Positions 8,831-16,093 of a DNA stretch of 24,212 nt are shown piece by piece (the first letter of the stretch is position 1; each line of letters begins with the position of its first letter). Under the pieces are notes generated by a model. The model worked only from the letters and a program-made list of their open reading frames with translations. It was not told where the DNA came from and did no database searches. The stretch is taken from NCBI GenBank assembly GCA_043813875.1, contig JBDRKP010000030.1:1-24212 (forward strand), in the 5' to 3' direction. The position numbers were made by a program, and so were the translations under genes. Origin of the DNA: an archaeon (GTDB lineage: Archaea > EX4484-52 > B79-G9).

Positions 8831-9466
8831 ATGACACTTCTATTGAACCAGATAATCCAGACCTCATTCAAGCATGGCTGGTTCTATCACTACCGCATAA
8901 ACGTCGCCCACATGGAAAACCACTGCAACAACGGCTTCTCGAACCTCAGGTCATACCTGACAAGAGTCTTTGACCTCTGCCCCGACGAGAAATTCAGCGA
9001 AGGCCCAAGATCATCTGCCTTGAAATTCCCTATTCCCGCGCCATTAAAAGAAGACAGCACGCACACAGTATGCGCTCAGGCAAAAGAAGGCCTTGCGACA
9101 ATGGACACCTACAGGACCGCCCATTCCAAAGTCCAGGTATACATGCTAAAAAAAGACAGGAACACAATAGCGATTGAAGTCCCCCTGTGGCTCGACTCCT
9201 TCGAATACCCCCGCTTCAGGGACCTCTTCGGCTGCGACGGCGCACTGAGCGGTCACATAGACGTCCTCAAAGTATTAGACAACAAGATACAGATCCTTGA
9301 CTACAAGCCCAAAGCCCACAAGGAAAAATACGCCGCCACCCAGACATACTTCTACGCCCTCATGCTCGCCACAAGGACAGGGATCCCGCTGGAAAAGATG
9401 GAATGCGGCTACTTCGACGACAGCACATCCTACTTCTTCGACCCGTCATCCGTGATGCTCTCATAA
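8831..9466 (+). CDS. PD-(D/E)XK nuclease family protein (RecB/Cas4-like core)
   Basis: E(VPLW)...GHIDVL...ILDYKP...QTYFYA catalytic pattern. Confidence 0.8.
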   Translation: MTLLLNQIIQTSFKHGWFYHYRINVAHMENHCNNGFSNLRSYLTRVFDLCPDEKFSEGPRSSALKFPIPAPLKEDSTHTVCAQAKEGLATMDTYRTAHSKVQVYMLKKDRNTIAIEVPLWLDSFEYPRFRDLFGCDGALSGHIDVLKVLDNKIQILDYKPKAHKEKYAATQTYFYALMLATRTGIPLEKMECGYFDDSTSYFFDPSSVMLS

Positions 9467-9523
9467 AAAAGGAATCAGGCCTTTCATGCCGACAAGAGCC
9501 TCATAATTCTTCGTCTCATACAT
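9461..9523 (-). pseudogene. 20-codon ORF with a strong RBS; possible 5' relic of an Fe/Mn superoxide dismutase
   Basis: GGAGG (9536-9532) precedes ATG. Translates MYETKNYEALVGMKGLIPFL*. The first 15 aa resemble SOD N-termini of the YEAKNY..L.G..GFS type (from memory). Confidence 0.4.
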
Positions 9524-9698
9524 AACCTACGCCTCCGTGACATTAACGATAGATAATATATATTGCACACGCAAAAATTTAAACAGGTGACAAGGACGGC
9601 GTATATCCATTTTTGAATCTAAAAACAATATGCTATCTGGAATATAACCTCTTGATTTTTAGCAAAGTAATTTAAAACTGCGACAAACAAAACAAAGC

Positions 9699-10232
9699 AT
9701 GAGGCTCATCAAGTTGACCGGGACATTGAATAACAGTTTCGGCAACGAAGAGATACTTCTGCGTGTTCTGGACGCGGGCGCATACAATGCAGCGATAATG
9801 TCCCGCGAGATAGTGGTCGAATCAGCAAGAGACTATCTGCCGAGCATAAAAGACGCCATGCGGGTAATGAACATAACCGACATCAGGGCAAGAGAAGCAT
9901 CGATAATCGAATCCACAGTCAGCCACGCCGGCGACGGTCTGGACCCGAACAAGTGCATCAAGATTTCCATGGCACCCGGGACTCGCCTCACAGGCGTGAA
10001 ATTTCTCGGCATGACATTCACCAAAGGCTTCAGGGACAACACATTCACAGACACCGACATACTTATATCCAATTCCCAGAAAGTCATAAAGAACATACTC
10101 AAAAAAGCAGGCATAACGGATGTCCTCGTATCAGTCGAATACAAAAGGACAAGCGAAGATCTGGATTTAGCCCTGGAGCTGGCGACAATCAACACCATTG
10201 TCAACACGAACGGCATCACCCAGCTTCTCTAG
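9699..10232 (+). CDS. Hypothetical protein
   Basis: 177-aa ORF with host-like codon usage and an upstream TTTAAAA box. No confident family. Confidence 0.75.
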   Translation: MRLIKLTGTLNNSFGNEEILLRVLDAGAYNAAIMSREIVVESARDYLPSIKDAMRVMNITDIRAREASIIESTVSHAGDGLDPNKCIKISMAPGTRLTGVKFLGMTFTKGFRDNTFTDTDILISNSQKVIKNILKKAGITDVLVSVEYKRTSEDLDLALELATINTIVNTNGITQLL

Positions 10233-10404
10233 CGATTATTGATCCGCTGGATTATTAATATGACTGCTTTTCCATGGCCTTCAATGCCTTGATATACACA
10301 TTTCTTACGCCGTTATTCTTTTCCTCTTTTATTGTGTATAAATTATCTGATGATTCCTACAACGACCGCTACAGATAGAAAAAACAAAAAAACAGGAAAG
10401 CGGA

Positions 10405-11352
10405 CTATTCATCTTTTCTTTCCTTTCGGGACTTGTCATTCTCTTGCGCCTTGCGCTCGACTTCTTCCTCGATGCCGAGCTTCTCCACAAGATCCTTGTA
10501 CCTGTTCCTGATAGTTACCTCAGTGACGCCGACGACATCCGCGATATCTCTCTGTGTCCTCTTCTCGCCCTCGAGCACCGCCGCGATATACAATCCCGCA
10601 GCAGCAACACCAGTCGGACCTTTTCCTGAAGTGACCTCTTCATCAAGGGCATTCTTCAGGATCTCCTTGGCTTTCGCCTGGACCTGTCCTGAAAGCCCAA
10701 GAAGCGATGCGAATCTTGGCAGGTACTCTTCAGAAGTCGCAGGCAGTATCCTTATACCCAGTTCCCTTGCGACGTACCTGTAAGCACGTCCGATCTCGCG
10801 CTTCTCGATACCGGAAGCAGCCGCAAGTTCAGACAGAGTCCTTGGCGAACCCTGCTCGCGCGCAACCGCATAGATGATAGCAGTGATGATGGACTCCATA
10901 GACCGCCCGCGCACAAGCCCCTTCGTGACCGCCTTCTCATAAAGCCGCCCTACTTCCTCGTGCACAGACTTGGGCAGGCCAAGATACGACACCTGCCTTG
11001 CCAGTTCCGAAAGAGAATATGACAGATTCCTGTCCTTGGACTTCGTAAGTCTCTTGTTCCATTTCCTTAACCTGTAATACTGCGCCCTCTTCTTGATAGG
11101 CACCTTGTAAAGCTCACCCACGCCTTTGCCGATCTCAGTGGATATGCCTTTATCATGCTTCGTAAACGTCAGAGGAGCGCCTGTCCTCGTCCTCATTGCC
11201 TGTTGCTGCGCATCGAACGCGCGCCATTCAGGTGTAGTATCAATCTCATCCTGCTCAATGACCCTGCCGCACTTGTTGCAGGTAAGTTCACCACGACCTT
11301 CATCCCTTGAAAAACTCTTACCTTTGCATTCCGGACATTCTGCTGTTGCCAT
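10405..11352 (-). CDS. tfb: Transcription initiation factor IIB
   Basis: Zn ribbon CPEC...CNKCG, PEWRAF B-reader, two cyclin repeats (LVRGRS, TSGKGPTGVAAA, TQRDIA..VGVTEVTIRNRYK). GGTAGGTGG RBS before ATG 11352. Confidence 0.97.
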   Translation of the reverse strand: MATAECPECKGKSFSRDEGRGELTCNKCGRVIEQDEIDTTPEWRAFDAQQQAMRTRTGAPLTFTKHDKGISTEIGKGVGELYKVPIKKRAQYYRLRKWNKRLTKSKDRNLSYSLSELARQVSYLGLPKSVHEEVGRLYEKAVTKGLVRGRSMESIITAIIYAVAREQGSPRTLSELAAASGIEKREIGRAYRYVARELGIRILPATSEEYLPRFASLLGLSGQVQAKAKEILKNALDEEVTSGKGPTGVAAAGLYIAAVLEGEKRTQRDIADVVGVTEVTIRNRYKDLVEKLGIEEEVERKAQENDKSRKERKDE

Positions 11353-11395
11353 AGCCAAGCCACCTACCAATATAGAAAAAGCCATTAACGATTCA

Positions 11396-11446
11396 TTTAT
11401 AAAGCTTTTGATTACAATTATATATAGAAAGATTTATAAACCTTTC
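11396..11446 (-). promoter_or_regulatory. Two tandem BRE/TATA boxes upstream of tfb; the distal one is near-palindromic
   Basis: Minus strand CAAAAGC-TTTATAAA (11410-11396) and GAAAGG-TTTATAAA within GAAAGATTTATAAACCTTTC (11427-11446). Confidence 0.6.
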
Positions 11447-11500
11447 GGTTCATCCGGAAACAATGGTTCCAAAAAACGTGTAGCGCAAGACTCAAACACC

Positions 11501-11974
11501 TCACCTTTTTTTATGGTGCCGGTGTTTTTTCACGACCTTTTTAGCATTATCCGCATCATCCGGCTTCTTATCCTTCACCTCTTTCCTGCCGCCAAAACCC
11601 AGCAGCCAGTAAAGGAACTTCGACAAGAGCACAAATGGGTACAACAGGATACTGACTGCACCCAAAAACAGCTTAGAGGAATTATAGAATAATTTGAACA
11701 CTTCATAAAGGACATAAAGGACAACCCCCGCTGATGCATAAAACAGGATAAGATCAACCGTTATGTCCATGGCATATCCAAAAAACCTGTTCAGGATGAA
11801 TGGAAATGAAGCAGAAATGACCGCGATGATGATTGCGTTTTTAAGCACATTGAATACCTTATAGGCGACAATGATAAAGACAAGAAAGATCAAGAACATT
11901 ATCTTTACATCAGGATATCCTGCATCCGTCAAGTCATTGAACATACCGCTGATGTTTGTCTCCATAAAATCCAC
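11501..11974 (-). CDS. Hypothetical multi-pass membrane protein
   Basis: Three to four hydrophobic helices and a basic C-terminal tail. Abuts the upstream gene stop. Alternative start at 11965. Confidence 0.75.
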   Translation of the reverse strand: MDFMETNISGMFNDLTDAGYPDVKIMFLIFLVFIIVAYKVFNVLKNAIIIAVISASFPFILNRFFGYAMDITVDLILFYASAGVVLYVLYEVFKLFYNSSKLFLGAVSILLYPFVLLSKFLYWLLGFGGRKEVKDKKPDDADNAKKVVKKHRHHKKR

Positions 11975-12658
11975 TCATACGCTTGGCGCTCTGAAAAAAT
12001 CAAAATCAAGCCGCCCGTCACCATTGATGATGACATGATCCTTATAATACTGTATTTCACCATCAAAATAAGAAAGATCGAACTTCCTGTTGTTCAGCGG
12101 AATATTGGCGGAACTTCCATCGACAAATATCTCGACATTGCCGGTGACATTATAAAGGACCAAAGACTGCCCTTGTAACTTGCTCAAAAATACTTTGGAA
12201 AACACCACATCATTGCCTGACACAGAGACAGACTTCTCCTTCGAAAGCGTATTATTGTCTGCCCTCACCCTTTTAGAAGATCCTGAAAAAATAAGCTTCT
12301 CCGACAGATGCACATTGCCGATATAATCTATGAACTCGATGTGGCTGTCACCAGGCGATCTTAAAGACAACCCGTTGATAATGAACTTGCTTTCAGGGCC
12401 CACGTAATCGACATAAAATGAATCGACTTCATCATCGAACGCAAAATCAATCTTCTGGTCCTTCTCAAACGAAAGCTCTGCCCTGAACGGGACAGTCTCC
12501 TTCTCATTGCCGACATACTTCAGGACAAAGCCGACAGGGTTATTTATGGCTGATCCTGCCTTTTCATCAATCAGGGTATTGTCCGATAAAAAAACGAACA
12601 CCGCTGCAACTGCCGCTATGAAAAGGGCTGCTGTGACAACGAATATTTTTTCGACCAT
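11975..12658 (-). CDS. Hypothetical N-terminally anchored, beta-rich surface protein
   Basis: One N-terminal TM helix followed by a beta-strand-like domain. Start 12658 or 12667. Confidence 0.75.
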   Translation of the reverse strand: MVEKIFVVTAALFIAAVAAVFVFLSDNTLIDEKAGSAINNPVGFVLKYVGNEKETVPFRAELSFEKDQKIDFAFDDEVDSFYVDYVGPESKFIINGLSLRSPGDSHIEFIDYIGNVHLSEKLIFSGSSKRVRADNNTLSKEKSVSVSGNDVVFSKVFLSKLQGQSLVLYNVTGNVEIFVDGSSANIPLNNRKFDLSYFDGEIQYYKDHVIINGDGRLDFDFFRAPSV

Positions 12659-12706
12659 AAGATTCACAAGCTATTTAGCAATTTTATTATTATGAAGCTA
12701 TTTATA

Positions 12707-12855
12707 TATAGTTGATGTCGTTACTAGCTGGACAAATATGACTCCATGAACCGATAGACATCAACTGTATGGAAAAGTCATCTGTCCATTTTGAGGACGA
12801 AGTCCTCGAAAGCTTGGCATGTAAGTGCCATGAAAAAGTTATGACTTTTACTATA
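12707..12855. mobile_element. Structured MITE/REP-like element, long copy 1
   Basis: TATAGT...ACTATA ends. Inverted repeats 12706-12719/12757-12770 and 12773-12781/12841-12849. Core TTTTGAGGAC-GAA-GTCCTCGAAA-GCT-TGGCAT-GTAA-GTGCCA-TGA is shared with 15955-15996. Confidence 0.7.
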
Positions 12856-12994
12856 TATATAAATTCCCATGTTCAAATAGTAAGTGTTTGCATAGTTTAC
12901 CATTATATCAACAAAAACCTTAAAAACCAAAGATAATGATATATTTATATAAAGATTTACACATTACAAGAAGTTACTAAGTACTAAGTTACAG

Positions 12995-14185
12995 ATGATT
13001 TCTATGTTTGAAAACATTTTAGGCGGGGATAACAGTCTGATTGGAACGATCACATCAATCATATTCCTGTTGTTCATCATATTCTACCAGAAGATCATGG
13101 TGATGCAGACACTTTGGAGAGCTGAAAAGGATCTCAAGAAACTGGACGAATACACAAAAAAAGCCGAAGGATACGTGTTGAACAGTATCTCAAAAAAGCC
13201 GGACAAGAAACTGAAGCATGACATAAGCAACTTCATGAATTTCTTTATCTCGACACCAGTAGACATAGATCCATATGGCATCCTGAACAAGATTGAGCAT
13301 ATCATGAACCAGTCCGAAAGGAGATTCAACTACTTTGTCGATACCGTCGCACCAAAGCAGAATGAAGTCGAGAAAGCGAACATCAAATTCGGGCTTATCG
13401 GCGCTCTCGGCGTTTACCAGATATACAAAATCGTAAGACATCTGATAATAACAGTCAGGAAGACAAACAATATTCAGATGGTGCTCGTGCTCCAGATGTA
13501 CATGCCGCTATTGCTGAAGATGGCAAAAGGCAACGTCAAGGCGACCCAGGCATTCGTCAAGGGCATACCGATCGGCGATGCGATCGGTCCCATGATAGCA
13601 GCATCATTCATGACAACAGAAGGTGAAGAGATAGCAAAGGACGTCCTCGTAAGCAAAGAGAAGATAGAAGGCAAGACCGTTTTCGTGATGAAAGCGAAAG
13701 GCCCTGGAGCATCGCTTGGCAAGCTCGGGAAAGCTGTGGAAGCGCTGAGGGAAAAGGAGAACATAGACCACATAATCACAGTAGACGCAGCCGGCAAGAT
13801 GGAAGGCGAAGAGACCGGATCGATAGCAGAAGGCGTAGGCGTCATGATGGGCGGCGTAGGCGTAGAGCGCTCAAAGATCGAAGAAGTCGCTCTAGAGCAC
13901 GACCTGCCTCTCGACGGTGTCGCGATAAAGATGGGCGTCATGGAAGCATCAGCCCCGCTTCCGGAAAAAGTGTTCAAGGCGCAAGTTGAGGCAAGAGACA
14001 TAGTCAAGCGCCTCATCAAGGAGACGAAAAGCAAGAAGATCATGCTCCTTGGCGTCGGAAACTCATGCGGGATAGGGAATACGAAAGAAAGCCTCAAAGG
14101 ACTTGAAGAGAAGCTTAAGCCTATCTGGGTGAAGCAGAAGAAGGAAGAAGAAGAAGAAAAAAAGGAAGAAAGCGGCTTTTTCTAG
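12995..14185 (+). CDS. DUF1512-family conserved archaeal protein
   Basis: N-terminal TM, PVDIDPYGI..KIEH, GIPIGDAIGP, IITVDAAGKMEGEETGSIAEGVGV, GVGNSCGI motifs. Confidence 0.85.
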   Translation: MISMFENILGGDNSLIGTITSIIFLLFIIFYQKIMVMQTLWRAEKDLKKLDEYTKKAEGYVLNSISKKPDKKLKHDISNFMNFFISTPVDIDPYGILNKIEHIMNQSERRFNYFVDTVAPKQNEVEKANIKFGLIGALGVYQIYKIVRHLIITVRKTNNIQMVLVLQMYMPLLLKMAKGNVKATQAFVKGIPIGDAIGPMIAASFMTTEGEEIAKDVLVSKEKIEGKTVFVMKAKGPGASLGKLGKAVEALREKENIDHIITVDAAGKMEGEETGSIAEGVGVMMGGVGVERSKIEEVALEHDLPLDGVAIKMGVMEASAPLPEKVFKAQVEARDIVKRLIKETKSKKIMLLGVGNSCGIGNTKESLKGLEEKLKPIWVKQKKEEEEEKKEESGFF

Positions 14186-14280
14186 TGGCGCAAAATCTCT
14201 TCTATTCAAACTAATTAATTAGTCTTTATAGGTAGTTACAGAAGTTAAATTTATAAAGAATCACCTTCTTCTAAGTTATT

Positions 14281-14904
14281 ATGGGCAATAAATCCATTGA
14301 ATTAATGCTATCTACCAGAGAATGGCTTAATCAATCGACACCTCTAATAACATATAAAATAACATATGACCCATCACCTTATCAATCTGCAAAATTAGAC
14401 GCCAGAACATTAATGTTCTTTGAGGGTATTTCTTTAGGGAAGTTAAATGTTAGTGAAGATGTAAGAACGCCCATAACATTGAAAAAATCTGGAAAATTGA
14501 GCTTAAGAGATCCAAAGCCAAAAATACCAGATTATTTAAGTCATGTTTTATCAACATTATCTGCATTAGTTGGTTTTGGAACTTCTTTAGATCCAGAAAA
14601 AATCTATCATGGTCTTAGTGGAATATACAACGAATATAAAGGCCGGACTGAACTTGTAAAGCGTGATTGGGATTTAGTATTTAATGAAGGATATGGATAT
14701 GATGAGTTAAATGGGCCAATTGGTACTTGCACTTACGAAGCGAAGAAATATTCACCAAGATCAAAACATGGTCTAAAGGTTATGGAAGAATTTGAAAAAG
14801 AAACAGGCGTAGATTTATCTTCACTAAGTGAAAAGGTTCAAATTGATTTAATAAATACTCATTTCCTCGATATAAATGTTATAGTGAAGGCAAGAAATAA
14901 ATGA
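14281..14904 (+). CDS. Hypothetical protein in an AT-rich island
   Basis: 207-aa ORF with A/T-ending codons and an upstream TTTATAAA box. No motif recognised. Confidence 0.7.
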   Translation: MGNKSIELMLSTREWLNQSTPLITYKITYDPSPYQSAKLDARTLMFFEGISLGKLNVSEDVRTPITLKKSGKLSLRDPKPKIPDYLSHVLSTLSALVGFGTSLDPEKIYHGLSGIYNEYKGRTELVKRDWDLVFNEGYGYDELNGPIGTCTYEAKKYSPRSKHGLKVMEEFEKETGVDLSSLSEKVQIDLINTHFLDINVIVKARNK

Positions 14905-15241
14905 ACAAATTTCAACAAGAAATCAACTTGCCTTCATCTATATGGCAAGGCACAAATACTCAATTTATTTGTGCCTTGACTATAGTTATGAAATACCAAA
15001 AGACATGATTGAAAAAGTATTTAGTGTTAAAGCAGAAAAAACTTCAGGTTCTCAGAATCCTTCAATAGTTTTATGGACGAATATTGATCCAAGATTTTTA
15101 AACCCTGACACTTCAAATATAGAACATCGAATCTATACTCTTACTTCATTTAAAGGTGATGCAGAAATATATCAAAACATATTAGATATAGCTGGTCCAA
15201 AATACCCGAAAGATAGTAGAATTATGGGGTATTCCCCTTGA
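14901..15241 (+). pseudogene. Hypothetical gene interrupted by a 44-bp hairpin insertion (ORF track starts it at 14942, inside the insert)
   Basis: ATG 14901 is coupled to the upstream TGA. Deleting 14941-14984 gives MNKFQQEINLPSSSYEIPKD... open to 15241. Confidence 0.55.
14939..14984. mobile_element. Minimal member of the palindromic element family
   Basis: TATATGG-CAAGGCACAAATA-ctcaatt-TATTTGTGCCTTG-ACTATA: a perfect 13-bp inverted repeat with the same flanks as the right halves of the long copies. Confidence 0.7.
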
Positions 15242-15527
15242 AGGTGGTCGTTTATTCTATTGTCAAGTTAATGGACTGCATAAACAGACTACCTCCTGAA
15301 ATACCAAATATAATATTCACAACAAACATTATATATTTTATTACTGATAGGACACAAAAATAAAATACTCGTCACATTCAGTGAAAGAAATACAGGTAAT
15401 TGTCGTACATTCCAGCTCAAATAATAGTCGATTGACGAATTCATCATACAAAGTATGATAAAGTTTATAAATACCTCATTCTAATCATTCAACAGAGCAA
15501 GTCCGAAGATTAAGATAGCTCAAGTAA

Positions 15528-15901
15528 GATATATCCAGAATAGACTCTGCTATTAGCCCATAGGACACAACCGCATACAAAAATGGACATAGAAAAGAGC
15601 CCGAGTTTTTGTAAACAAAAAACAATAGACTCAGCTATAGCCCAAAGAAACAGATACCGAAGAGGACTAGGCCATGAGCCGGAAAGTCAGGACATATCCA
15701 GACTAGACCCCCCTTATGCCATAAGAAACACAAGACCTGTGGCAACGCCCTAAAGAAAGCCGGAATACACAGACATAGACATACCCATAGGCCGCACAAA
15801 GAAAGCAGATTTAAACCGCCAGGTCCTCCAGGGAACCACAAAAGCAGCACACGACGGACTGGAAAAAGAAGCCAAGGCCAGAAGCATGGATTCAGCTATA
15901 G
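15528..15901 (+). repeat. Degenerate direct repeats (ATAGAC-TCAGCTATAGCCC-like) in a non-coding or decayed region
   Basis: Related motifs start at 15540, 15625, 15703, 15775 and 15886. Confidence 0.45.
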
Positions 15902-16063
15902 TCAATCCAATGACTATTGGATTATTGGATTGAGTATATGGGAATCCAACACTGTTTTGAGCTTTGCTCAAAAGCTTGGCACGATTAGTGCCATGATTTC
16001 CAACTTTGTTGGAAAGCTTCGAACGCAAGTGAGATGAGATCAAAAGTTGTTGGATTCACTATA
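15897..16063. mobile_element. Structured MITE/REP-like element, long copy 2 with two core modules
   Basis: Terminal inverted repeat GCTATAGTCAATCCAA / TTGGATTCACTATAGC (15 of 16 match). Internal IRs 15897-15911/15924-15938 and 15942-15951/16048-16057. Two hairpin-AAAGCTT-hairpin-TGA modules. Confidence 0.75.
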
Positions 16064-16093
16064 GCCTTGGCTATCGACAACGGAGATGATAGG

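Noticed and set aside
8831..9466. Cas4
   Set aside because: No C-terminal three-Cys Fe-S motif and no CRISPR context.
10255..10360. Minus-strand stretch translating ESSDNLYTIKEEKNNGVRNVYIKALKAMEKQSY*
   Set aside because: It could be a gene 3' relic, but it has no start codon and is too short to assign.
12789..12815. Hammerhead-like TGA-GGAC-GAA-GTCC..GAAA
   Set aside because: The CUGANGA core is missing (CATTTTGA) and the stem extends through the supposed core, so it is better explained as the repeat module.
15528..15901. CRISPR array
   Set aside because: Repeats are too degenerate and unevenly spaced, and there are no cas genes in the window.
15635..16043. Minus-strand ORFs 15635-15850 and 15750-16043
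   Set aside because: They run through the palindromic element and the repeat region and lack an RBS or protein-like features.
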